Below, in pieces: positions 1 to 9,242 of a stretch of 64,000 nucleotides of DNA. The DNA lies in NCBI GenBank assembly GCA_050013755.1, contig JBEKER010000001.1:37595-101594 (forward strand), written 5' to 3'. The first letter of the stretch is position 1. Each line of letters begins with the position of its first letter. Below the pieces are notes generated by a model. That model was not told the origin of the DNA. It worked only from the letters and a program-made list of their open reading frames with translations, and made no database searches. The translations under genes and the position numbers were made by a program. The DNA comes from Halobacteriota archaeon. Its GTDB lineage: Archaea; Halobacteriota; Bog-38; Methanoflorentales; Methanoflorentaceae.

Positions 1-149
1 GACTGCAAATAGTGCTCATCAGATAACAGTCGAACGCTTGTTGAAGTAAATCCTTGCATTTGAGGCAGTGGACCACTGATTTCCGTGCGAGGCTACCAGT
101 TTTATGTCCCCACGAACGGACATTGTCTCGCAAACGCCGGACAGTCCTT

Positions 150-293
150 AGTGCGGTACGGGCGCTCTCCTGTCGTAGGCCGCCGCGCTAAGCGGGAGGC
201 CATCTATTTGTTCCCTGACCCGAAGTGCGCATGAGGTTTAGCAGGAACAATCTGGGGGCGGGAGCACAGATGCCGACCGCACTGCATTTTTTT
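150..293 (+). ncRNA. Candidate structured non-coding RNA (three-way junction) ending at a T7 tract
   Basis: AGTGCGGT(150-157)/ACCGCACT(276-283), GCTCTC(164-169)/GGGAGC(260-265), GGCC-CCGC hairpin 178-201, TTGTTCC(208-214)/GGAACAA(244-250); T7 at 287-293; no ORF in the track. Confidence 0.4.
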
Positions 294-664
294 ATAAGGC
301 ATCAGCTTCGTAGCGAATAATCTCTAATAGAGCAGAGGCATGTCGACAATGTTTTGGTTGCACAGCACGCGAAAACGCGCGTTTCAGTTTCAATAACACA
401 ATTAAAGTTGTGCACAGCTTTTTCATTGACAACTTTTGCCAAAAGGCTAAGTCTGGTCGCCATTTATTTCAAGCGGAACTGAGATCCAGTGCGGCCTTTG
501 CGAGAGCATGTGATCGAAGTGACGTTAAAATGCAAATCGTTTCTAAACTAATGCTTTCCAGGGAGCTGTGTTGAAATATTCCAACTCTCTGGATTCGCCC
601 AAAGCCATATCGACTAGTCGTAAAACCGCTCGTTCGGTAAAAAAAGGCTCAAATGCCAAGCCAG

Positions 665-835
665 CTAACGAGCAACAATGAAATTCAACGCCAGTATGAT
701 TGCTGCGGAGAGGACGCACGCGACCAGGATTGAGCGAGGGTTGACGTGTATGGCGTTCTTATCTTCTGATTCGTAGTATCGCACCAAACCAGCGCTTGAC
801 ATAGGCCCTGCTGTTTGGCGCTTCCCTTTCGCCAT
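665..835 (-). CDS. secG: Preprotein translocase subunit Sec61beta (56 aa, below the ORF-track cutoff)
   Basis: Hand translation MAKGKRQTAGPMSSAGLVRYYESEDKNAIHVNPRSILVACVLSAAIILALNFIVAR*; SAGLVRYY motif plus single C-terminal TM helix. Confidence 0.93.
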   Translation of the reverse strand: MAKGKRQTAGPMSSAGLVRYYESEDKNAIHVNPRSILVACVLSAAIILALNFIVAR

Positions 836-872
836 AGGTTCAAATACAGTTTGCTATGACTTATACGTTGCT

Positions 873-1973
873 ATGGACTACGTCGTCGGTGGAAGGATTC
901 TAAACGGCAGCGATTTTGAAGTGATAACGGGCTACGTCCACGTGGAATCAGGCAGAATCGCCGAAATAGAAGAACGGTCAGATGTCAAGCCAGATAACTG
1001 CAGGGCAAGCGGGATCATCATGCCTGCTTTGATCAACGCGCACACCCATCTCGGAGATTCTATAATCAAAGATGTGCCGTTCGATAGCCTAGATACTCTT
1101 GTAAAACCTCCTCACGGGTTAAAGCACCGCGCATTACGCGACGCAGCACCGAAAGCCTTGATCGAAGCGATGCGCAAGTCACTTCTAGACGCTCTAGCGA
1201 GTGGGACGACCGCGCTTGCCGATTTTAGGGAGGGGGGTGCCATCGGCGCTAACGCGCTGAAAACTGCAGTCCGCTCAGTGAAAAAAGTGCAGGTGATGAT
1301 TCTTGGTCGGCCAGATAATGGACGGGATTATATAGTAGAAGATGAGATTGATACTATTCTCGATATCGCGCACGGCCTTGGGGTAAGCGGAAGTAGTGAT
1401 GTCAGCAACTCATCACTGAGAGCAATGATCGACAAGGCACGCGCACGCCGCAAGTTTGTTGCCATTCACGCAGGCGAAAAAGATGCTTCTGATATTGATT
1501 CCGCTATCGCTTTGAATCCCGATTGTCTCATTCATATGACCTACGCATCTCAGCACCAGATTGAAAGCGGCATTCCCATCGTGGTGTGTCCTCGGTCAAA
1601 CCTAGTTACCGGCGTTGGATTGCCTTTTCTGCACCCGCCAATAGCTCAAATGCAGCAGACGACCACCGCTGGGCTCGGCACGGACAATGTGATGTTCAAC
1701 TCACTCAACATGTTTGCAGAAATGGAGTTCACGTCAAAAGCGTTTTTGCGCGACGACCGCAAAGTGCTCGAAATGGCAACGCTAAATAATGCTAGGATAA
1801 TGGGGCTTGCTAACGAAATCGGCTCTATTGACCTTGGCAAGAAAGCTAGTCTCCTAGTCCTCAACGACCGGTCAAATAACCTCTTCGGGACTAAGAACGT
1901 CATAAGTAGCGTGGTTAGAAGAGCTCGTCCCGATGACATCGCTCTTCTCACTCACGGGGGGCAAGGTGCTTAA
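873..1973 (+). CDS. Metal-dependent amidohydrolase (nucleoside deaminase-like)
   Basis: NAHTHLGD, HAGE, LIHM and GTDN metal-ligand motifs. Confidence 0.88.
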   Translation: MDYVVGGRILNGSDFEVITGYVHVESGRIAEIEERSDVKPDNCRASGIIMPALINAHTHLGDSIIKDVPFDSLDTLVKPPHGLKHRALRDAAPKALIEAMRKSLLDALASGTTALADFREGGAIGANALKTAVRSVKKVQVMILGRPDNGRDYIVEDEIDTILDIAHGLGVSGSSDVSNSSLRAMIDKARARRKFVAIHAGEKDASDIDSAIALNPDCLIHMTYASQHQIESGIPIVVCPRSNLVTGVGLPFLHPPIAQMQQTTTAGLGTDNVMFNSLNMFAEMEFTSKAFLRDDRKVLEMATLNNARIMGLANEIGSIDLGKKASLLVLNDRSNNLFGTKNVISSVVRRARPDDIALLTHGGQGA

Positions 1974-2141
1974 ACGTGAACTTCGACAACTAGAGCCTGC
2001 GAGGCTTCGCAGTCAGCAGGCAAAACGCGCACGTGCTCAGAATGGTCGGCGTGCAAATGGGTATTTATACTGCCGATTTCAAAGCTACGCGCTCGCGACC
2101 CATCGGTGCCTGAACTGCGTCGCGGCTACTGAGGTTCCAAG

Positions 2142-2978
2142 ATGATGAAAGTCGAAGATGTGATGACGAGGGACGTCGTCTTCGTTGAGGTTCCAGGATC
2201 GCGAGATACGGCTCTCAAAATTATGAAGGACAAAGGGATAACAAGCTTACCTGTTGTGAAGAATCACAAGCTTGCAGGCATAGTCACGAGAGGAGACATA
2301 TTTCGAAACCCTGAGGAGGACCAAATAGCACTTCTCATGACAAGGCAGCCCGTTTTTGTGTCTCCGAACGCGACCATCAACGATGCGGCTAGGATTCTCG
2401 TAGAAAATATCATCAGGCGGATGCCAGTTGTGGATGACTCGGAACTCGTCGGTTTCATCACGGTAACGGATATCGTAAGCGCCATAGCGGATATGGATAT
2501 TGAGACCCCCGTTGATGACTATATCATTCGCGAAATAGTCGCAGTTTGGGAAATGACGCCGGTTAATGTTGTAGGTGAAATCATGAAACTTGCAAATGCC
2601 GACGCGAGCCCAGTGCTTGATTCGGCAAACAGGGTTGTTGGCATCGCTACAGAAAGCGCCCTTTTGAAAGCCAGCAAGATCGAAGATACAACCGAAAAGG
2701 CGGATCTGTCCGCAGGCTCGGATGAGGACGCGTGGACCTGGGAAGCGGTCAGGGACACGATGAGTCTGTACTATGGTGTTTCCAGAGTGGAGCTTCCGAG
2801 CGTGCCGGTAAAGGATATAATGATGGCCGAATACGAATCAATTTATCACAAAACAGGAATAAGTGAATGCGCGAGACAAATGCGGCGTTTCGACGTTGAG
2901 CTTTTACCGGTCGTCACTGCAGATGAAAAACTTGAAGGGATCATAAAGGATTCAGACCTCGTCAAAGTCTTGCTTTAA
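2142..2978 (+). CDS. Four-CBS-domain protein
   Basis: Repeated VEDVMT..LPVV..GIVT CBS motifs; TTTATA upstream at about 2065. Confidence 0.9.
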   Translation: MMKVEDVMTRDVVFVEVPGSRDTALKIMKDKGITSLPVVKNHKLAGIVTRGDIFRNPEEDQIALLMTRQPVFVSPNATINDAARILVENIIRRMPVVDDSELVGFITVTDIVSAIADMDIETPVDDYIIREIVAVWEMTPVNVVGEIMKLANADASPVLDSANRVVGIATESALLKASKIEDTTEKADLSAGSDEDAWTWEAVRDTMSLYYGVSRVELPSVPVKDIMMAEYESIYHKTGISECARQMRRFDVELLPVVTADEKLEGIIKDSDLVKVLL

Positions 2979-3168
2979 ACGGGCTGGTGCGGTCAAGCAC
3001 GCAGTTTAAGAAGTTAAGCCTTTAAGCGGTAATGACCGACGCGGTTTTTTTTAGACAGTGGATGGTTCTCGCCTCCGTCGTTGTGATTCCACGCGATGCG
3101 GCGTGCATACACAATCGTTAAGTTCTCGGAACAGAACGTACACGCAAAGAAGAAGGCTGATTTAGGAT

Positions 3169-4224
3169 ATGCGTCGATTCGCAGTGCTGGCACTTTCACT
3201 GAGTTGGGCATTTATTGCGCTCGTAGCATTTGCACCGTTGGCAGAAGCGACAGTGGTCATTCCTCACCAAGCAACTATCGCACAGCTCGATACGGGTGGG
3301 AACATTTTCAATCAAATTGACAGCTTATACAACAACTTCACAAAGCGATTGGAAGACATCAATCCGTTAGCGCCGCAACAAACTGCGACGCCGTCTGTCA
3401 AAATCGCCGCTGTAAAAACTGCTACTACTGGACAATCTCCCGCGACCCCACAAGTTATCGTTACGCTACAAAACGGAAAAGTCGCTCTTGATGGAGTCCG
3501 AGTTGACGTCATTTATAAGGACACGGCGGGCGCAAACGTCACCTCAGACAGCGCCGTGGTTGCGTTAAAGGTGGACGAAACGCGTTCCATAACGTTCACA
3601 CCAATGAGTTTGCCAGTGGGTAGTTATACGATCGGTGTGGTCGTTTACAAGACCGGCACCGATCCATCAGATCAGGCGACACCCCCCTATGATACACAGC
3701 AAAACGCGGCAACGCTTGCAATCGCAAGCCCCACCCCCGCTACCGCAGCAGCAGGAAAAGCAGGAGATCCCGGGACGGATAACGCTGGCGATGTTCTAAC
3801 GCATCTCAATAGCTGGGTATACTTTGTAATCGCAATCACTGCGCTCATTTCCATCGCGCTCTTTTTTGTCTTCTCGCAAAACAGGTCTGGAGAAGACCGT
3901 TACGAGGAAGATCATTTCAGAAGAGACGGCTATCCGGCTGGAGGCAGCGGCGTGTTTGACGCTCCTGCATTGCGTTATGAGCCACCGTCAGGAGACCGCT
4001 CACACGACAGTGCGTCTGACGCAGTCTCTGGACGACGGCCGTCTAGAACGATAGAAGTGGACGCGTCTGAACGGGCGCCTGGAGACCCAGGAAGAACCAG
4101 GGCGAAAACTTCTCCTCGTTCAGCCGAGGACGTGCCGCAATTCGATGCCGATGGGTTCGTTGTCGGCGATGTGACGTCGAAAAAGGCACTGAGGAACAAG
4201 ATACGAGGAAAGCGAGGCGCTTAG
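3169..4224 (+). CDS. Single-pass membrane protein with signal peptide, Ig/CARDB-like extracellular domain and disordered cytoplasmic tail
   Basis: N-terminal signal, beta-rich VTLQN..GSYTIGVVVY, TM WVYFVIAITALISIALFFVF, charged tail. Confidence 0.7.
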   Translation: MRRFAVLALSLSWAFIALVAFAPLAEATVVIPHQATIAQLDTGGNIFNQIDSLYNNFTKRLEDINPLAPQQTATPSVKIAAVKTATTGQSPATPQVIVTLQNGKVALDGVRVDVIYKDTAGANVTSDSAVVALKVDETRSITFTPMSLPVGSYTIGVVVYKTGTDPSDQATPPYDTQQNAATLAIASPTPATAAAGKAGDPGTDNAGDVLTHLNSWVYFVIAITALISIALFFVFSQNRSGEDRYEEDHFRRDGYPAGGSGVFDAPALRYEPPSGDRSHDSASDAVSGRRPSRTIEVDASERAPGDPGRTRAKTSPRSAEDVPQFDADGFVVGDVTSKKALRNKIRGKRGA

Positions 4225-4282
4225 CCACTTTCGTTCGGCTTAAATCTTCTGGTCGAGTGCACGTCATAGTGCTCCAAAAGCG

Positions 4283-5293
4283 CTACCCCCATAGTGCATC
4301 TGTGTCGAGGTTCTGTCGAACGGTTTCTTTTATCAAGCTGATTTTGCGACTGTCGGATGGATCGATCCGCGCTGTAAGTCTCTCTACGCGTTCGGCTGCG
4401 GTAAGCGTATCTAAGTGAACCAGGATCACGCTTACACCGAGCTCTTGTGCTCGCGCGATCACGTGATTGGCGGGATAGAGTCCTCCAGTTAGCACAAGGC
4501 ACGACGTCGAAGTCGACAACGCGGCAAGCTGCAAATCGGCTCTGTCACCTCCAGTGATCACCGCCTTCGCGGGAACCTGTCTGAAGTACTTGAGTGCAGA
4601 TTCCGGCGTCATGGCGCCGATCAGGACCTTCTCGATAAGGCGGTCCTCTCCCTCGACTATGACTTCTCCACCAAGTTCTTCGGCTATTTCGTAGCTGTGA
4701 AGGGCTTTCAACTCCTTTAAGAACGGGATTGACCCGACAATGTTTATGCCTCGTTTAATCATGTAGTTTTCGAATCCAGGATCTTGTGATTGATTCAACA
4801 CAACGCCTTTGAGCCTGACCTTGAGCTTTTCGAGAAGAAGTTTGGTCATTGCTACCTTATCAAGCGAGTATATGTCGGTCACGAGCAAGATCTCGGTGTC
4901 GAGTTTTCGAGCAAGCTGGACGCTTGAAATGTCGTGAATGAAGCCTGTGCTAATATCTTTCGTCCCTTCGAGCAAAACTGCCTGTTTGCCACCGCAAATA
5001 CGGTTTAGGCCGCAGATGATGTCCTCTGCTTTGATGCCTTTAAATAGATTGTATGTAAAAGGCGAAAGCAACGACTCTTCTTCTAAGTTGAGGACGCTCC
5101 TCATCAGATACGCGTCCTCCTCGACCAAGTTTCCGTCAATTGCGATGAGATTCTCGCGGATAGGCTTGTAGAAGCCCAGTACTCCTGTAAAGTTCAAAGC
5201 AAGGCCTAAAGCGATTATAGTTTTGCCACTGCGTTCAGATACTGAACTTACAACAAGTGTCGGTACATCGCACTTAGATTCCAAGTTATCCAC
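4283..5293 (-). CDS. Phosphotransacetylase N-terminal-like (BioD-like plus DRTGG domain) protein
   Basis: SGKT P-loop, FYKP, GAMT and ITGGDRADLQLAAL motifs. Confidence 0.88.
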   Translation of the reverse strand: MDNLESKCDVPTLVVSSVSERSGKTIIALGLALNFTGVLGFYKPIRENLIAIDGNLVEEDAYLMRSVLNLEEESLLSPFTYNLFKGIKAEDIICGLNRICGGKQAVLLEGTKDISTGFIHDISSVQLARKLDTEILLVTDIYSLDKVAMTKLLLEKLKVRLKGVVLNQSQDPGFENYMIKRGINIVGSIPFLKELKALHSYEIAEELGGEVIVEGEDRLIEKVLIGAMTPESALKYFRQVPAKAVITGGDRADLQLAALSTSTSCLVLTGGLYPANHVIARAQELGVSVILVHLDTLTAAERVERLTARIDPSDSRKISLIKETVRQNLDTDALWG

Positions 5294-5315
5294 CTCTCAA
5301 GTTTTTTGGTTAGTA

Positions 5316-7448
5316 CTACGGTCTCCCGCTTATCACTACGAGTGCGTCCACCGCAATGCACCCATTTTCCTGAACCATCAGCGGGTTGATCTCTATTTCT
5401 TGGATTTCTTCGAAGTCCTGGCTGATTTGGCTGACGCGCACGATCGTATCGGCCACCGCGTTGATATCGAGGGCTTTTCTGCCGCGCGTACCTAGCAGAA
5501 TCGGGTATGATTTAACCTCCGAAATCATCTGCTTTGCTTCGGCGACGGTTATCGGCGCCAACCTATGCGACACGTCTTTTAGCACTTCTACGTACAAGCC
5601 CCCCAAGCCGAAGGTGATAAAAGGTCCGAATTGGGGATCGCAAGTGACCCCAACGATGACCTCCTCGCCTTCAACCATCTCTTCGATTATCACCCCTCCA
5701 ATGCGCGCTTGAGGCATGCGCTTGTTGATGTTGGCATATATTTGATCAAAAGCGTTTTTAGCCGCCCTATCGTTGCTTATGCCCGTGATGACCCCCCCTA
5801 CGTCGGTCTTGTGGGCAATGTCTGGCGAGCTCACCTTCATAACGATAGGATATCCGATCTCGCGTGCCGCTTGAATGACTTTGTCCCGCCGAGTAACGAC
5901 GGTCTCTCTAGGGGTGTTCATCCCGTAAGCTCGCAGCACGTCTTTACCTTCTTCTTCTGTCAAAGTCGTTCGTCCCTCAGACCGAACTGCTTCAAGGCGT
6001 AAAAGAGCAGCACGGTTCTGTCCGCTTCTTAGCTCCGTCGGTTCGCGCTCTGAGGATGTCGCAATCTCCCTAAACTTGATGAGGTTACGCGCCGCCCTGA
6101 CTGCGGTTTCTGGACTATCAAAGTTCGCCGCGCTGCCGCGTTTTAACTTTTCGCGCGCATTGTTCAGCTCTTTTCCTCCAATGAACGAGGTAATGATGGG
6201 TTTGCTTGTGTGCAACGACAGTCTATTGATTAGGTCGGCAGTCTCTTCAGGTTCCGTCATGGCTTGTGGGGTGAGAAGTAGGATTACTCCGCCGACATTT
6301 TGATCGGCCAAAATGATCTCGAGCGTCGCTACATATCGGCGCGGCTTCGCATCCCCGAGAATGTCGATCGGGTTGTAGATGTTGCTCTCTTGAGGTAGCG
6401 CATTTCGCAGTGCTTCTATTGTCTCTGTGGTGAAGTTCGCCAGAGGCACGCCGCACTCGGTGCTTGCGTCGCTCGCAAGAACGCCCGGCCCCCCTGCATT
6501 CGTTATGATCGCTACACCGGGAATTTTTGGAATCGGACAGCGCGAGAAGGCTTTCGCGGCGTCGAAGAATTCGTCAATCGAATTCACCCGTAAAATCCCT
6601 GACTGTTTGAACGCTGCGTCATATGCGGCATCTGAGCCGGCGAGCGCGCCAGTGTGAGAGGAGGCTGCTTTGGCCCCCATATCGGTCCGGCCGGCTTTGA
6701 GTGCGATAACAGGCTTGAGCCTTGAAACCTCTTTCGAGACCTGCATAAACTCGCGCCCATTATCAATACCCTCGACGTAGAGCGCAACAACGCGCGTCGA
6801 AGGATCGCGTGCGATGTAACCCAAAAGCTCAGCTTCAGTTACATCGACCTTGTTTCCGACACTCACTAATTTGTCAAATCCAAGGCTTTCATTAGCCGCC
6901 CAGTCGAGAAAAGACGTGCAGATTGCCCCACTTTGCGATATCAACGAAATGCCACCTTTGACCGGATACTCGCTTGCGAAAGAAGCATTCAAGTTGGCAC
7001 CAGTGCTCATGATGCCCAAGCAGTTGGGACCGACGATTCGAATCCCATATTTTTTGGATATCTCCCGAATTTGTGCCTCGAGCTTTGCGCCTTGCGCGCC
7101 AGATTCTCGAAATCCTGCTGATATAATTATTGCTGCCTTTACGCCGACGCGCGCTGATTCTTGCAAAACAGCAGGGACGATTTTTGCTGGAACGACTATG
7201 ACTGCGAGGTCGACCTTCTTTGCCGTGTGCAAAGTTTTTAACCCTAAGATCGCATCGGCGTTCGGGTTGACGGGAACAAGTTCTCCGTGGAAGTTGGCAT
7301 CGAGGAGGTTCTTCAGCACCGAATGTCCCACTTTGTCCTCTTCGCGGGCGGCGCCAATGACCGCTATCGATCTCGGATAAAAGAAGTCATTCATCTTATC
7401 CTTTTTAGCGTTCTCGACAGTAATAAACATATCTCGACGATTCAGCAA
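5316..7448 (-). CDS. Acetate-CoA ligase (ADP-forming), fused alpha-beta; start may be ATG 7430 or 7394
   Basis: PRSIAVIGA, GPNCLG, SQSGA, ASSHTGALAG phospho-His, NPIDILGDA, ATP-grasp HKTDVGGV; no GNAT domain. Confidence 0.9.
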   Translation of the reverse strand: MLNRRDMFITVENAKKDKMNDFFYPRSIAVIGAAREEDKVGHSVLKNLLDANFHGELVPVNPNADAILGLKTLHTAKKVDLAVIVVPAKIVPAVLQESARVGVKAAIIISAGFRESGAQGAKLEAQIREISKKYGIRIVGPNCLGIMSTGANLNASFASEYPVKGGISLISQSGAICTSFLDWAANESLGFDKLVSVGNKVDVTEAELLGYIARDPSTRVVALYVEGIDNGREFMQVSKEVSRLKPVIALKAGRTDMGAKAASSHTGALAGSDAAYDAAFKQSGILRVNSIDEFFDAAKAFSRCPIPKIPGVAIITNAGGPGVLASDASTECGVPLANFTTETIEALRNALPQESNIYNPIDILGDAKPRRYVATLEIILADQNVGGVILLLTPQAMTEPEETADLINRLSLHTSKPIITSFIGGKELNNAREKLKRGSAANFDSPETAVRAARNLIKFREIATSSEREPTELRSGQNRAALLRLEAVRSEGRTTLTEEEGKDVLRAYGMNTPRETVVTRRDKVIQAAREIGYPIVMKVSSPDIAHKTDVGGVITGISNDRAAKNAFDQIYANINKRMPQARIGGVIIEEMVEGEEVIVGVTCDPQFGPFITFGLGGLYVEVLKDVSHRLAPITVAEAKQMISEVKSYPILLGTRGRKALDINAVADTIVRVSQISQDFEEIQEIEINPLMVQENGCIAVDALVVISGRP

Positions 7449-7504
7449 TTCTGCGGCTCGGGTTCTTGATTATAACGATTGTGCCGCATTAGGACACTCG
7501 AATG

Positions 7505-7513
7505 TTTTATATA
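7505..7513 (+). promoter_or_regulatory. TATA box for the PGF-CTERM CxxCH gene
   Basis: TTTTATATA, then GGAGGT SD at 7545-7550 before ATG 7558. Confidence 0.55.
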
Positions 7514-7557
7514 TGAACTTGCCGATAATGGTTGAGAAACTATTGGAGGTACCCAGG

Positions 7558-8529
7558 ATGCCACGCTCGGCGAACAAAGTGACGCTGCTACTTCTATCTT
7601 CAATCGCGGTCTTGTTGATACTAAGCGCAGTCATAACCCCTACATCCGCAACGCAGATTGTACAACTTCAACCCACAACCGTTAATTCAGGTAGCAGTGT
7701 CATCGTGCAAGCGAACATGGCGCGAAATGGAAGCACGGTCACGTTATCTTATTACTATGACAAAAACGGCAACGGCCTGGCCGACGACGCCGGCAGTTCG
7801 TGGATAAAAATAGCAGACGTCAAGGACGGCGGGGCGAACGACCGTGACAACAGTACCAATGGCTACATACAGTTCTTGTGGATGACTCCAGAGCTCCCCC
7901 CTGGGCAGTACATCTTTAAGGTTGCGGATCCCTACGGACCCACGAGGACGACTGAGTTCACTGTTCAAAACGCTCCGCTGAACCTCGTTCCAACAATTTA
8001 TGGATCTCAAGGAATCTCCGCCACAGGGCTCGTCAACACAGGGAACTCGTTCTCCGTCATTGCTATGGTAACGGGTAATTGTCGCCTTTGTCATCAGACC
8101 GATAATCCTACGACTCAAAACCCCGGCGTCAACTATACACAAGTCGAAAGTCTGTTTTCAGCTAATTTAAGCCAAATCACGGGAAGCCCTACTGATGGCT
8201 CAGTTCAGCCCAACATAGTACATCACCAGCAGCTGGATTGGACAGGAATCGCGAGCAAAACGCTTGCGAATAACCAAACACTTAGTGTCACCGTAACAGG
8301 CACTAATCCGGCAGGCAATTTGACCACGCAAGCAACAGCTTACGCCGGAGTCAACAAGGCGGTTAATATTGCGCCGACATCAACGAACCAGAACGCCAAC
8401 GGCACTGCGCAGAGTAGCGCCACGGCCCAATCAAGCGGTTCGAGCGGCAATCCCCTCCCGGGGTTCGAAATACCGATTGCGTTAGCCGGATTGACTTTTG
8501 TAGCATACGTGTTGAGCAGAAAGCGATAA
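7558..8529 (+). CDS. Secreted PGF-CTERM surface protein with one CxxCH motif (putative monoheme c-type cytochrome)
   Basis: Signal peptide; DKNGNG Ca-loop; CRLCH at 8080-8094; C-terminus LPGFE-TM-RKR. Confidence 0.75.
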   Translation: MPRSANKVTLLLLSSIAVLLILSAVITPTSATQIVQLQPTTVNSGSSVIVQANMARNGSTVTLSYYYDKNGNGLADDAGSSWIKIADVKDGGANDRDNSTNGYIQFLWMTPELPPGQYIFKVADPYGPTRTTEFTVQNAPLNLVPTIYGSQGISATGLVNTGNSFSVIAMVTGNCRLCHQTDNPTTQNPGVNYTQVESLFSANLSQITGSPTDGSVQPNIVHHQQLDWTGIASKTLANNQTLSVTVTGTNPAGNLTTQATAYAGVNKAVNIAPTSTNQNANGTAQSSATAQSSGSSGNPLPGFEIPIALAGLTFVAYVLSRKR

Positions 8530-8607
8530 GTCTTCCGTCAACTGGAATAGCGCCTCGCTGTAATTTTGCCGCCGCACGGCGATTTCTCTCTACAAAGGTC
8601 TGTCAAG

Positions 8608-9201
8608 ATGAGACAGCGTCAGCTTGAAATCATCCTCGAACAAGTGCAAGCGTTTGAATCCCCTTCCGCGGCGCGCGAACAATACACCACGTCAGCACCC
8701 GTTGCCGCCCAGCTTCTTTATTTTGCCTATATGCGTGGTGACATCGCCGGTCTGACAGTGGCGGATTTGGGCTGCGGGACAGGAGTCCTTGCCCTAGGCG
8801 CGGCGCTGCTGGGGGGCGTTGCGACGGGCGTTGATTCGGACGAGCGAGCACTAGAAGTCGCTCGAGCGAACGCGAAGCTACTCGGTGTGCAGGCTTCGTG
8901 GCTAAATAGCAGCATAGAAGACTTTGAAGGTTCGTTCGACACCGTCGTGATGAATCCTCCCTTCGGAGCTCAAAAGCGAAGCTCTGATAGGCCCTTCTTA
9001 AGCAAGTCAGTACGTGTGGGCAAAGTTATCTACTTGCTTCACAATGCTGTCGTAAACGGCTTTGTGAGGAGCTTTCTCGAGCCGCACCGCGTTACTGACG
9101 CAATACAGGTCAAACTGCCCATTGCACATACCTTTAAGTTTCATAAAGATGCAGTACGATACGTAGACGCGATAATTTATCGAATAGAAGTCGCTCTTTG
9201 A
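8608..9201 (+). CDS. METTL5-family SAM-dependent methyltransferase
   Basis: EQYTT, DLGCGTG, MNPPFG motifs; adjacent to csl4-rpoL. Confidence 0.88.
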   Translation: MRQRQLEIILEQVQAFESPSAAREQYTTSAPVAAQLLYFAYMRGDIAGLTVADLGCGTGVLALGAALLGGVATGVDSDERALEVARANAKLLGVQASWLNSSIEDFEGSFDTVVMNPPFGAQKRSSDRPFLSKSVRVGKVIYLLHNAVVNGFVRSFLEPHRVTDAIQVKLPIAHTFKFHKDAVRYVDAIIYRIEVAL

Positions 9202-9242
9202 GTTATTGTTCTTAAATCTAAGAAGGAAGGAAAGGATAAGAA

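Noticed and set aside
150..283. Possible 5S rRNA, SRP RNA, tRNA or SECIS identity of the structured region
   Set aside because: Lacks the 5S CCGAAC loop in correct context, the SRP helix-8 motif and a TTC arm; the GAA..A SECIS geometry would need a 2-nt loop
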